Assembly: GCA_964016885.1 (NCBI GenBank)
Contig: OZ024743.1
Coordinates: 242,730,001 to 242,794,000 of the forward strand
Direction: 5' to 3'
Origin: Eledone cirrhosa
Taxonomy: Eukaryota
DNA length: 64,000 nt
Of the stretch, positions 41,582-55,550 are shown piece after piece. Numbering within the stretch: position 1 is the first letter of the stretch; each line of letters starts with the position of its first letter. A program made the translations under genes and the position numbers. The notes beneath the pieces were generated by a model. That model made no database searches and had not been told where the DNA came from. It saw only the letters and a list, made by a program, of their open reading frames with translations.

Positions 41582-42530
41582 CTGAAAGAAGAAGACAGCA
41601 GATGATTCCTTAAGTCTACCAAATTTTAGTTTTTACCCGTGGATTTAGTTAAGAATTTTCAGTAACCTCAACTCTATCAATCATTCTCTTGCTTTAAGTA
41701 ATGCACCATTTATTTGTGTGCAAGTGTGTGTGTATGTTTATGTATGAATATGTGCAGATGTATATGTGTATGTGTATGGATGTATGTATGTATGTTTGAC
41801 TGTGTGTGTATGTGTGTGATATATATATACATTACACACAACTGTTGAACACTCTGTCAGTTCCAACAGAGAGTTCCATTTGTTCAAACAATGGTACAGC
41901 CTGCTCGCGGAATTAATGTACGAGTGACTGAGCATTCTTCAGCCTTGTGTACCTTTAACGTATTTCTCAGGGAGATTCACCTTGATGTAGTGTATGACAA
42001 AGCTGACCCTTTGAATTACACATGCAACTCAATTTTGTCAACTGAGTGAACTGAAGCAACATGAAATAGATTGCCTTGTTCAAGGACACAATGTGCAGCT
42101 GGGATTTGAACTTACGACCCAATGATCGTGAGCCAAACATCATAACCAGTAAGCCACATGCCTTTACCATTACACATACACACACACACACACACATAGC
42201 TGTATGTGAATATACAAAATTCATCTTTAGTATGTTCATTCAATTATTTTTTTGTTTTTGATTTTTTTGTTTTTTGAAAAAAAAATCTTTTTCTTCCAAA
42301 ACTGAAATTTACATTTACAACATCCTTGAGTATTTCAAAGGAATTTAAATCAGTACAAAATTAATTCACAACAAATTAATTAATATTCTACAGTGCATTT
42401 AAGTAGTTATCAAAGCATCGTAAATACTCTAGACATATTGCTTGCCTTCATCATGCTCTGATTCATTTCATTTCATTTGATTATTAACTGTGTTTTATAT
42501 TAAATACAAATAATAATTATAGTAGTAGTA

Positions 42531-42561
<31 letters not shown>

Positions 42562-43149
42562 TGGTTTCTTAAATAAAATAATTGTTTCTACTTTTGGCAC
42601 AAGGCCAGCAATTACCCAGTGCATTACTGGTACTTTATTTTATCGACCCCGTAAGGATGAAAGGCAAAGTTAACCTCGGCGAGATTTGAACTCAGAATGG
42701 CAAGGGCTGTAACTCTATACGTCAAAGCATGGTGTCCGATCCTCTACCGATACTGTCAATCCACCACCCTTAATAATAATAATAATAATAATTATGTTTT
42801 CTAACATAGGCACAAGGCCAGCATTTCTTAGAGGAAAGGAAGGTTGATTAAGTTGCCTCCAGTACTTGACTGGAATTGATTCATTCTACTGACCAGGGAG
42901 GGATGAAAGGCAAAATAATAATAATATTAATTATAATAATGATAATATTAATAATTTGTACATAATTACAAAGCTTCGAGTTTTGTGTAGTTTTGTTTTA
43001 TGTTATTACAAGGGATGTGAGAGGAAATGATGTAATTTATGAATATACTGAGGGTTTTAGCAACATAGGTGAAACAGATTTACCTGGAAATTAAAACCAG
43101 AATATAGGTTCATTTCATAGAGTACAGAATTGTTGTGTCTTGGTATGAT

Positions 43150-44626
<1,477 letters not shown>

Positions 44627-45774
44627 TAATGGAGTTGGTTTCTTTGAAGAAATCTCAGATTGAAGATACCATCAGATGGTAGCTTTTAATGTTCAGTCAA
44701 CCATCACTTGGGGAGAGAGAACAGCAACATGATAGAGACTAAGTTTACCTGTGTTTTTCTAATTCATTTCTTTTGTTGAATATTTTTGCTTTCACTAATG
44801 GAATGACATCATTCTCTAATTTCTTTTAACTTGTGTTGTACAAAAAAAAAAGAAATGAAAAATAAGAAGAAACATAAAATGTAAGATAACATCCAAAATA
44901 TATGGATGCAGCGCTCAGATAATATAATACACACATGGAACAGATACCCTGGTTTTAAAGGGTATATTTTTGACAAAAATATAAATAAATAAAAAAATAG
45001 TAACTTGTTCATACACATATATATAAAAAAAAGGGGTGTTTTCTACAGTTAAGAGACAAAATCTCGACAATTAAACAACATCAAGAACAACATAGACTAA
45101 TGAAATTTTTTTGGTTTGATTTTTTTTGTTTTTGTTTTTTTTCCAGTTTTAACTAGTTTCAGTTTGCGTTTGTTTGAATTATTTTCTTCTTAAAAGTATT
45201 ACATACTTTTAGAGAAAACTTTACACTTTCTAAATCTCCCAGGCAGATTAAAATATATAAGGTTTTGAGGGGGACTTGCACACTTTTGTAATTCCTCTTT
45301 TTTTCTTTTCTTTTTTTCTTTTTTTTTTTCATTCTTTGATTTTGTGTTTACTTCCATCATTAAATTCTATTATTTCTGATTTTCTTTTTCTTTTTTTTTT
45401 TTTTTGGAATGTTCTGTATCTAGGATCTCTTGGACAAACCCCCCTCCATTCTCTAAATCACTTTCTTTCCAATTTTAAAAAAATTTACATCACCCACCCC
45501 ATAGCTTTGACATGAATTAAAAAAAAAAATTTGGGTATGTTGTAAAACATGGATTTAAGAGAACATAATGAACTGAGAAAAAGAACATAAGACGAAGTAG
45601 TTTTCAAAACTGGTCTTCCTCTTCTTTCTCTCTCTCTTTTCCACTGTGCACATGTACACCAAGATGATTATGGTATGTATCCTAAATAATGCATTTTAAA
45701 AAGAATCCATTGTCAAAAAAATCCTTGTCGTTTGAAGAACTTTCTTTCCCTTGTACTGACAGCAGTCTCTTTTT

Positions 45775-46079
45775 TCATTCTACAGCAATTGGTAGAGAAT
45801 GCTGGGAAGACTGAGACTTTTCATCACTGTCACTTACAGGTTCCTGTTTCACTTGAATTGGTCCATCTAGAGGTTCACCTGATAGTGCACTTATTGCTCG
45901 GTTTACAGCAGCAACATCTGCAGCAAAACTAGAGTGCTCGTCGTTTCCTTCTGATGGTTTTGGTGACGGCGTACATATTCTATCATTTGTAGTATTTTCT
46001 CCCTGGTTTTCCAAATCTATCATGTATGACCTCTGGCGTACTCTGCTTGGTAACAGGATCTGGGAGCAGTCAAGACCTC
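45775..46079 (-). CDS. HMBOX1: HMBOX1-like exon D (C-terminal coding exon with TGA stop)
   Basis: Pyrimidine-rich acceptor ctctttcctttggtcag|GA; phase 1 continues the exon C frame: (G)GLDCSQILLPSRVRQR...IQVKQEPVSDSDEKSQSSQHSLPIAVE*. Contains an internal CCT|gtaagt donor at 45838/45837. Confidence 0.8.
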
Positions 46080-46764
46080 CTGACCAAAGGAAAGAGACAG
46101 AGAACACATTAGTAGATAAACAAAGAATATAAGTCATATAAATATATTTATCTTTATCATCATCATCATCGTTTAACGTCCATCTTCCACGCTAGCATGG
46201 GTTAGACGGTTTTGTTCCATTTGATACAGGAATGGTCGAGAGACCGTGTCTTGCTTGTACGGAAGTGTCTCTGGCAGGTTTTTTACAGATGGATGCCCTT
46301 CCTAACACCAACCACATTTACAGTGTGGACTGTTGTGTCATCGACACAGTGGATGGAATGGAAATGGGAGGATGGGATAGGGTGTGTTGGGTGGGGTGTA
46401 TATTGAGTTAAGAGGTGCCTACTGACTGTAGGTTTGTATGCTGGAAGTGGTTAAAATGCATCCAGTAAGCTTTGTAAAGTATCGATTTAGATGTGCATTT
46501 GCTGGTCTGTATTTACACTTACAATGCATACTTAAAAACTGGTTCTATGTATGGACATCCTGTAACTGCCATACACCTTATAGACACCCATACACACACT
46601 CACAGAAATATAGAAAGAAAGTGTGAGAGTAAAAGAGATAGAAATAGAAAAAGAGAGAGAGAAAGAGTAACAGACAGACAGATAAGAAAATTGACAGAGA
46701 ACACTAACTTCTAGCATGAATGAAAACTATTATGTCAAATTCTAGCATTTGTGTGACACACATA

Positions 46765-47372
46765 TCATCATCATCATCATCATCAACGTTTAACGTCCGT
46801 GTTCCATGCTTGCATGGGTTTGGATGGGGGTAGTCCCACTTGAGGCAAGAGTCATTGTCTTGCTCGCATAGGACTGTCTGGCAGGTTTTCTACAGTTGGA
46901 TGCCCTTCCTAACACCAACCACATTTACAGTGTGGGTCTGGGAGGTTTTTACCGTGTTGCCTACACGGCCACATTACAGCGTGGACTGTGTGTTTTTTTG
47001 TCGTGACACCTACACGATCTCATTTGTTTCGGCCTATGGCGCGGCACCAACATAACTTTACATAGAACGGGGTGGTGTGGATGGGGTGGTGGTGGTGGGA
47101 CGGGGTGTATTTTGTTAGAGATGCCTACTGGTTGGAGTAGGTTTTACTATATATTTAGGTAAGGCGGGTCTTCTCTGTTACTGAGTACCGCCAAAGGTCT
47201 CGGTCCAGTGACATTGTCTTGGAGAGGTGTAAGTGTGTGATGTCGTAGTTTATCAGCTCGTCCCAGGTTTTTCTAGGTCTGCCTATTCCGTGACTACCGT
47301 CTATCTTTATTGCCCTGCACTTTGTTATACAGCTATCGTCTTTCATGCGCATCACGTGTCCATACCAACGTA
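46765..47372 (-). mobile_element. Young RTE LINE, 3' 600 bp (sense to the host gene)
   Basis: RWYGHVMRMKDDSCITKC...VTEKTRLT* plus 3' UTR and (GAT)n; near-identical to 51728-52310. Confidence 0.92.
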
Positions 47373-47699
47373 CATATATAAAATATATTTTAAATGTCAT
47401 ATAAAGTTAAAATATCTTTAGGTGCAAGTATGGCTGTGGTTTGGGAGTTTACTTCACAACCACATGATTTTGAATTCAGTCCCACTGTGTAACACCTTGG
47501 ACAAGTGTCTTCTACTATAGCTTTGGGTTCAACAAAAAAAGATCAATAAAATAAGTATACAACTTGAAAAAAAATACTGAGGTTGATATGATTGATTAAG
47601 TCCCTTTAAAGCAGTGACCTAGTATAATGGCTGAAACCAGTAAACGAATCTAAACATATAAGATGATCTAATCTAAAGTCTGTCTTAAGCTATTTAAGG

Positions 47700-47957
47700 C
47701 TCGTTAGGCCGGTGTTTATCCCAGTTTCATGCCATGAAGCGACTGAGAGTACAAGACTCCCCCCTGGACAGGACGCCAGTCCATTGCAGGGCTAACCCTG
47801 CAGCTATTGCTGGTACTCATTTTCAGCTGAGTATACTGGAGTAACGTGTAATAAAGTGTTTTGCTCAAGAACACAACACGCAACCCAGTCCAGGAATCAA
47901 ACCCAAAACATTATGACCATAAGTACAACACCCTCATCACTAGGCCATGCACCTCCA
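47700..47957 (-). mobile_element. tRNA/CORE-type SINE with L2-like tail
   Basis: GGAGGTGCATGGCCTAGTG head, GGTTTGATTCC B box, TTCTTGAGCAAAACACTTTA core and CTTCATGGCATGAAACTGGGATAA tail. Confidence 0.65.
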
Positions 47958-48105
47958 CCATTAATTTAGTAGATTGGCAGAATGGGTAGAGTGTTAATAA
48001 GATTATAAATTTTCAGTTATTAACTTCATTTTTCAGAAATGAAACAGTGTAGATGTAAACATTGAAAAAAACAACTCATCACTAAAAATGAGGTTAATAA
48101 TCTTA

Positions 48106-48589
48106 ACATGCTTGATACCAAACTACTTTTGGTTCTATGAAACAAAGCTCTATAACTATATAACTATATTTATCTAAAAATCTTCTATCATAATTTTATG
48201 CAAGCACCTTTATTATGTTTGCTTCAAAAACTAGTTTAATAATGAGAAACTTAGTTATATTACTAAATCTCTTCAAACTCTTATTTTCAAAATTTAGTAA
48301 TACAGTGAAATTCCGTTATAATGAAATTCAAACGGTATAAAAAAAAATTTGTTGTAACAAAAACTCTTTTACGATGAGATCAACCAAAACAAATCGAGCA
48401 TTTGTTTGTTATTACCTCAGGGATTGAAAAAAATTTCATTATACTGAAAAATTTGTTATAATTTTACCTGTATAACTAAGTTTTGCATTATGAAGCAAAC
48501 AAAATAAAAATGCTTGCATAAAATTATGATAGAAGGTTTGAAAAACATATGCAGTGTCTTTCATTAGAAATATGGTAATAAATGGGTTA
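48106..48589. mobile_element. TTAA-flanked MITE-like repeat (hosts a nested MITE)
   Basis: Ends in ...ATGGGTTAA. Homologous segments at about 38928-39153, 54990-55190 and 56760-57010. Confidence 0.5.
48303..48470. mobile_element. Tc1/mariner-pogo-type MITE, copy 1
   Basis: TA|CAGTGAAATTCCGTTATAA ... TTATAATTTTACCTG|TA. Confidence 0.75.
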
Positions 48590-48636
48590 AGAAACTTCCT
48601 GTCATAAACATGGAGAAATTATGTTACAAAAATTAC

Positions 48637-48732
48637 CTTCTTTGGCCAATTTTTTCATTTCCTTGCGTCGGTTGTTGAACCAATTCGATACTATTTGAGG
48701 TGTAACTTTTTCCTTTTCACACAGTTCACGAC
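48637..48732 (-). CDS. HMBOX1: HMBOX1-like exon C (rest of insertion and recognition helix 3)
   Basis: Acceptor cctttttcag|GT, donor GAAG|gtaatt; 96 nt, phase 1-1. Encodes (G)RELCEKEKVTPQIVSNWFNNRRKEMKKLAKE with WFxNRR. The extra residues between helix 2 and helix 3 are diagnostic of the HNF class. Confidence 0.92.
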
Positions 48733-48943
48733 CTGAAAAAGGAACATAAAAATATTCATCTAAATACTTCAAACAAACAATAAACAATCTCAACATTTTC
48801 AATAAATATGTTGTATCAATACAAAATCTATATTTTAGAAAAAAAATCATATACACAGAAGATAATAAAAGTTTCATTATCTTTATTGAAAGAACTTACT
48901 TTAGAAATACAAACAAATATTTCTACTGTATAAAAATCTAATA

Positions 48944-49119
48944 CAGTGAAATTCCGTTATAACGAAATTCACGAGGTGTAAAAAGAAATTTGTTGTAACA
49001 AAAAATTCTTTATAATGAGATTGACCTAACACATCAAGCGTGTGGTCAGGGATTGAAAAAATCTTTGTTATACTGAAAAATTTGTTATAAAGGTATTAGT
49101 TATAATGGAATTTTACCTG
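48944..49119. mobile_element. Tc1/mariner-pogo-type MITE, copy 2
   Basis: Same TIRs and TA flanks as copy 1. Confidence 0.78.
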
Positions 49120-49249
49120 TAATAGCAAATGTCTATTCAATTACACACCATGAAAAGTAACAAATCATTATACAGATATCATATATACTTAAAAATATAT
49201 AAATGCAGGTATGTCTGTGTGGTTAAAGAGATCACTTCCCAATTATGTG

Positions 49250-49890
49250 GTTCTAGATTTTATGTGTATCTGTGCAATGTAAGGGAGAGAGAAAGACAAG
49301 ACTTGGACGAGTTGAAGTATAAGCTGGGTTTAAAAGGATTCCAAGGTGGTGTGCAGGAAAGAAGACTACGTTGATATAGACATGTGATGCTCATGGATGA
49401 TGATCAGTGGGTGAAGAAGTGCCAGGAAATGCCAGTGGAAAGAAGCCACAGTAAAGGTAGACCAAAAAAGACCTGGGTAGTGGGAGTCATAGAGGAGATA
49501 ACAAAAGATTGCGACAAGTAGAGAGATGCCATGGTAAGAAGAACCTATCCAACCTATACAAGCATGGAAAAAAGGATGTAAAAACAATGATGATGAGGAT
49601 GATATATATATATATATATAAATATATATATAAGGAGAACAGCTTGGTGGTGGAACAGTAAAGTAGATGAGACAATTAAAGCCAAGAGATAGGTATGGAA
49701 AAATGGAAGAATGGGGAGAGCATGGCACACTACCTGGGAGCCAGGAGGGAAGCAGAAGATATAAAATTTAAGCATGTTTTGCAATATGAAGACCAGAAGT
49801 GTGAGGTGTTTAGGATCGTGAGGCAGTGTGATCTTGAGGCAGTGTGTCAGAGAAAATTATAATGTCGTTGGAGAGAAGTGTGTCTGGTGG
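49250..49890 (+). mobile_element. Two old RTE fragments
   Basis: ERRLR..HVM..VKKC..KTW with (GAT) tail; then KFKHVL..EDQKCEVFRIVRQCV.EN..VVGEKCV. Confidence 0.65.
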
Positions 49891-49982
49891 AACAAAAGGA
49901 TGAAGTTGTTCATCTAGAAAACACCCGGTGTTTATGAGGCTGTTTTATTGCAAATAAATCGAATATTAATATTATGATATTA

Positions 49983-50135
49983 CAGTGAATTTCCGTTATA
50001 ACAAAATTCACGGGGAGTAAAATAAATTTATTGTTACTAAAAATTCCTTATAACGAGATCGGTCGAAACAAATCTAGTGTTTATTTGGAAAAATTTTGTT
50101 ATACTGAAAAATTCGTTATAACAGAATTTTACCTG
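49983..50135. mobile_element. Tc1/mariner-pogo-type MITE, copy 3
   Basis: Same TIRs and TA flanks as copies 1 and 2. Confidence 0.78.
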
Positions 50136-50224
50136 TATTATCATATTATTATTCACTCACGAATACATTTAGGTATCCACCATGTTAAGAGCGAAAACAA
50201 AGTTTGTTTATATATACATATATA

Positions 50225-52310
50225 CTGAGAATAAATGGGAGAAAGACAGTCTCCCCCATATCGACCCAATAGAGGGACCAGCAGTGTTAGTCGAGGGGAG
50301 TATAATAAGTAAGGCAATCAAGGATATGAAGACGGGTAAGGCGGCTGGACCTTCGGAAATAGTTGCTGAGATGCTGAAGGCATCTGGCACGGTGGGACAC
50401 ACCATGGTCACCCGCATAGTTAACCAAGTCGTACAGAATGGGGTTGTTCCGAAGGACTGGCATAGCAGCATCATCGTTAACTGTTATAAGGGTAAAGGAG
50501 ACGCCCTAGGTAGGAGTAACTATAGAGGCATTAAATTAATCGACCAGGTCATGAAGGTCACGGAAAAAGTAATAGCGCAACTAATCAGAGAGAGAATTGA
50601 CCTAGATGAAATGCAGTTCGGGTTTGTGTCAGGCAAAAGCACCACAGACGCTCTTTTCATAGTACGACAACTACAGGAGAAGTACCTAGCTAAAGGTAAA
50701 CCCCTCTTCTTAGCTTTTGTCGACCTGGAGAAAGCCTTCGACAGAGTCCCCCGCTCCATTATCTGGTGGGCTCTTAGAAAACTAGGCGTTGACGAATGGC
50801 TTGTGAGGGCTATACAAGCCATGTATAAAGAAACAGTCAGCAAGGTTAGAATTAACAACGAATATAGTGAAGAGTTTAGCGTAAAAGTTGGCGTCCATCA
50901 GGGCTCTGTTCTCAGCCCCCTACTATTTATTATTGCCCTTCAGGCTATAACAGAGGAGTTCAAGACAGGCTGCCCGTGGGAACTCCTATACGCAGACGAC
51001 CTGACACTCATAGCGGAATCAATGGCCGAGCTAGAGAAGAAATTCCAAACATGGAAGCACGGCCTAGAGTCAAAAGGCCTTAAAATTAACCTGGCTAAGA
51101 CCAAAGTTCTAGTTTGTAGGAAAGAAAACAAGGCGGCGGTCCCTTCTGGGAAATGGTCGTGCTCGGTGTGTAGGAAAGGCGTAGGTAGAAACTCCATTTT
51201 ATGTCCTAAATGCAAAGTATGGGTGCATAAAAGATGTAGTGGGATCACAGGTAAGCTAACTAAGAACATAGATTTTACATGTGGCCGGTGTTCTGGTGCA
51301 ATAAGTAGCAGCAAGTGCCCAAAAAATACTAGCTCTTTCAATTGCGCAGAGGGTTCTATAGAAATAGTGGACAGCTTCCGTTACCTGGGCGATAAAATCA
51401 GCAGTGGGGGAGGGTGCTCTGAAAGTACTGTAGCTAGAGTCAGAACTGGTTGGAAAAAGTTCAGAGAGCTTATACCACTATTAGCTGCTAAAGGGTTCTC
51501 CCTAAAAATGAAAGGCAGGTTGTACGATGCCTGCATACGAACAGCAATGTTGCATGGCAGTGAGACCTGGGCATTGTGTGCAGAGGATATACGCAGACTA
51601 GAGAGGAACGAAGCTTGCATGCTCCGCTGGATGTGTAACAGTAATATACGTGAACGGCAAAGCATAAACGAACTAAGGAAAAAATTAGAGATAAGAGGGA
51701 TCAGATGTTGTTTACTCGAGAGAAGGCTACGTTGGTATGGACACGTGATGCGCATGAAAGTCGATAGCTGTATAACAAAGTGCAGGGCAATAAAGATAGA
51801 CGGTAGCCACGGAATAGGCAGACCTAGAAAAACCTGGGACGAGCTGATAAACTCCGACCTCACACACTTACACCTCTCCAAGACAATGTCACTGGACCGA
51901 GACCTTTGGCGGTACTCAGTAACAGAGAAGACCCGCCTTGCCAGTAGGCATCTCTAACAAAATACACCCCGTCCCGCCACCACCCCCACCCCATCCACAC
52001 CACCCCGTTCTATGTAAAGTTATGTTGGTGCCGCGCCATCCAGGCCGAAACAAATGAGATCGTGTAAGTGTCACGACAAAAAAACACACAGTCCACGCTG
52101 TAATGTGGCCGTGTAGGCAACACGGTAAAAACCTCCCAGACCCACACTGTAAATGTGGTTGGTGTTAGGAAGGGCATCCAACTGTAGAAAACCTGCCAGA
52201 CAGTCCTATGCGAGCAAGACAATCACTCTTGCCTCAAGTGGGACTACCCCCGTCCAAACCCATGCAAGCGTGGAACACGGACGTTAAACGTTGATGATGA
52301 TGATGATGAT
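50225..52310 (+). mobile_element. Young 5'-truncated RTE LINE with an uninterrupted RT frame
   Basis: About 575 stop-free codons: KGKGD..NYRGIKL, QFGF, FVDLEKAFDRV, VHQGSVLSPLLF, YADD, PHD-like C4HC3 finger, LHGSETW, GRPRKTW; (GAT)n tail; the 5' end abuts (TA)n. Confidence 0.95.
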
Positions 52311-52979
52311 ACTTAACATCCGTTTTCCCTGCTAGCAAGGTTGGACAGTTCACCACAATCTAAGTCAGGGATGTGTGTGTTGTGTCTATGTTGGTATATC
52401 CCAGAAATTAGCAGTTTGACAAAAATAAGTACTGAGGATTGATATGATCACATAAATCAGTCCGAAGCAGTGCCCTAGCAAGGCCACAGTCTAAAGAATG
52501 AAACCATGAAACCAGTAAAAGAATGAAAGAATAATTTTGATTTGGGATGAATTTGGGGATTTGCCGAAGTTCTAAGAAAAATTTCTAAAAACAATATTAA
52601 CGGCAAGTAAATTAACATTGAAATTTAACATACCCACATCTAAGCTAAACAACATTTTTTAATGGCTTTAAGTTATTTTCTTTTGTTCTACAGAGCGACC
52701 GGATCAAGTGAAAATAGAGGAGTTGCAATACCAATATCTAGTTACTAATAGTTGTCTCCCTTATTTTGGATTAAATACGAGTTATTTCCCTTGTGCTGCT
52801 ATTTTTATATTTTTTTTATAGTAATTATTCATAAATGTTTCATATTAGAAGTAAAATAGTTAAAATCTCTTTAAAACTTCTTACCGGCTTTGAATAACAA
52901 GTATAATTTGGAAATACATCCTGTCTCCTTTAAATTATAGATTATGTGATCATATCAATCCCCAGTATTTATTTTTTTC

Positions 52980-53363
52980 AGCAGCGATTTGCGTTGGACA
53001 AAGCACATCTCTAAAATTGTCAAGAAGGCCCGAGGGTGTCTTGACATTACTCAGCAAGACCTTTGTCAGCCACTCTCCAGCTGTATACAGCTATGGTGCG
53101 GCCACACTTTGAATTTGCATCACCAGTCTGGAACCCCTATCTTGCTCAGAACATTGATCTCCTGAAAACTGTTCAGAGACGTGCAACCAAGCAAATACCC
53201 TCCATCAGGCATTTACCATGTGAACGCCTTGCTTCCTAGGGCATGGATACATTGAAGCTCCGGCGTCTGGCAACTGACTTGGTAAACACCGACAAAATTA
53301 TTAACCATCTGAAATTCGCCAACACTACACCTTATATCCCCCCTCCATACACATGCACACGTT
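52980..53363 (+). mobile_element. CR1-group LINE fragment (same family as 1-425)
   Basis: MVRPHFEFASPVWNPYL..TVQRRATK..LKLRRL; its 3' end gaaattcgccaacactacacc matches the reverse complement of about 290-345. Confidence 0.75.
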
Positions 53364-53445
53364 TTTGCCACTAATTTTTGCCAGCTGAGTGGAGTGGAGC
53401 AATTACGTGTTCCAGCCGACAGGCTGAGTCCATGGTGGGGTATTG

Positions 53446-53476
<31 letters not shown>

Positions 53477-53479
<3 letters not shown>

Positions 53480-53617
53480 GTAGTTCCACAACAGTTAATT
53501 CACTATTTCCGAGAACAATTGTTTCACCTTATTTGGATCATCAGCTCGAGCTTCTACTAAACTTGTCCCATGGACTGAGTACTCTACTACTACGGATATA
53601 CCGCACCAGTGTTCTAC

Positions 53618-53620
<3 letters not shown>
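53477..53620. mobile_element. Non-coding PLE pLTR mini-element with inverted 5' half, inside (TA)n
   Basis: Homologous to 13676-13812; the ribozyme half is inverted and the distal half is in forward orientation. Confidence 0.8.
53509..53550 (-). ncRNA. Minimal hammerhead ribozyme, sense within the homeobox pre-mRNA intron
   Basis: cgag-CUGAUGA-ucc/aaauaa/ggu-GAAA-caauug-UU-cucg; intact core and 4-bp stem I. Confidence 0.72.
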
Positions 53621-53678
<58 letters not shown>

Positions 53679-53956
53679 AGTATTTATATTTTATAAATTA
53701 ATTAATTAATTTTCATTAAATTTCCAGAGACAAGAGCAAAGAAACAGGTCAAAGAAACAAAAAACAAACAACAAACAGCAAAAAGACAATTCTATTACAA
53801 TAAAAAATTAAAAAATTCATGTTGTTGACAACAGATTTTTTGTGTTTCTTTGTGTTAAATTTGCTTTCATCTCTCTTCAAATCAATAGCTGCAGATCACC
53901 AAATTTGAATATAAAATGCTTAACACAAGGATCATCATAGAAATTAAATATCGTAC

Positions 53957-54154
53957 CTGTGCTACTGAGGGCCATATTACATAGGTGTGCAATCTCTTCA
54001 CGAAGCTCCATTGATGGATACTGATTCTCTTTGAAATAAGCTTCCAAAACTTCTAGATGTTTTTCTCGGAATGTAAACCTTTCCCTCTTAGGGGTAAACT
54101 GAATATCCATAGCGTCTCCACCAGAAGATAGCATACCTTTAAAGCCATTTGTAC
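53957..54154 (-). CDS. HMBOX1: HMBOX1-like exon B (homeodomain N-terminal arm, helices 1-2, start of insertion)
   Basis: Acceptor atttccag|GT, donor ACAG|gtacga; 198 nt, phase 1-1. Encodes (G)TNGFKGMLSSGGDAMDIQFTPKRERFTFREKHLEVLEAYFKENQYPSMELREEIAHLCNMALSST, matching HMBOX1-type RFTW...YFNENQYP...REEIA..CN. Confidence 0.92.
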
Positions 54155-55203
54155 CTGGAAATATAGAAGAATTCTGTCACAAATACAAACACACAAAACA
54201 ATTTCAAATAGTATTGTGATCTCCTTTAACAATCTGGCTTCAGTTTGGCATCACTACCATATCAAGTTTCAAGTTACAACACACACAACAAACGTAATTT
54301 TAAACACACACACAGACTCTCCTTCACTCTCTTTCCCACTTGTGCACATACACACACACTCTCTCTCTCACACACATACACACACACACACACACATGCA
54401 CTCTGTCTCTCTCTCTCTTTCACACACACACATATGCACTCTCTCTCTCTCACACACACAAGCTCAAACATACATGCACTCTCTTTCACACATACACACA
54501 TTCTCTCAGGCACAGAGAGAGTCTTCATCTCTCTTACAAATTGGTAGATGTGTTATAGTGTTGCACAAAATACTTTGTGGTATTTATTCCTATTCCTTGT
54601 GTTCTAAATTCCAATCCCACCTGGGTTGGTAAATAAAGTACCAGCCTGGGGCAATGGACTGGCAGAATCATTAAAGTGTGAGACATAATACCAGCATTCT
54701 GACCAGATCTTTGGTTTCAGGACAATTTCTTCCTTCACTTCCTTTCTCCTTCCCACCAGTCTTGGAGGCCACAATACGGGCCATGGGCAATGCCCCACTT
54801 TCTCCCATGAGAAGGATCAGGGATACTGCCCCACCCTCCTTGGCTAAACAATAAAATCAATTCAAATAAAAAATCCCCAAATCTTGTGTCACACACAAGC
54901 TTCATTATCTCACTAAACTGTTCTCTCAAAAAAATTACAGAAATATAAGAAAACAAAAAGACCTTGTTTATTCTGTTTGATGACAAACTAATTAAAACTG
55001 ACCCTGGTTTTGCAATAAAAAGAAAGATTGCTTTAAACTTTATATTTATAAATAACACTTTCCATCATAATTTTATATGAGAAACGTCATTATGTTCCAA
55101 ACACCAACTTAATAAGAAATATCTCAAATTCCTGATTATTTGAAAATTATTGGCAATTTCTCATTAGAAATATGATAATGAGAGGTTTAAAATAAACAAT
55201 AAT

Positions 55204-55550
55204 TGTTTCTACATTTGGCACAAGGCCAGCAATTACCCAGTGTATTACTGGTACTTTATTTTATCGACCCCGAAAGGATGAAAGGCAAAGTTAACCACGG
55301 CGGGATTTGAACTCAGAATGGCAAGGACCGTAACTCTATGCGTCAAAGCGTGGCGTCCGACCCTCTACCGATACTGCCAATCCTCCTAAACAATAATTGT
55401 TTCTACTTTTTGGCACAAGGCCAACAATTACCCAGTGCATTACTGGTACTTTATTTTATCGACCCCGTAAGTGAGAAAAGCAAAGTTAAACACGGCGGGA
55501 TTTGAACTCAGACCATAAAGGGCCATAACTCTAGGCGTCAAAGCATGGCG
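55204..55550 (-). mobile_element. Two tandem family-A SINEs
   Basis: Copies at about 55204-55387 and 55398-55550; aaacaataat at 55194, 55388 and 55551. Confidence 0.85.

Noticed and set aside
50182-51957. 591-aa ORF as a domesticated host gene
   Set aside because: The start lies in flanking/(TA)n DNA; it is a 5'-truncated copy of a multicopy RTE with a 3' UTR and (GAT)n tail.
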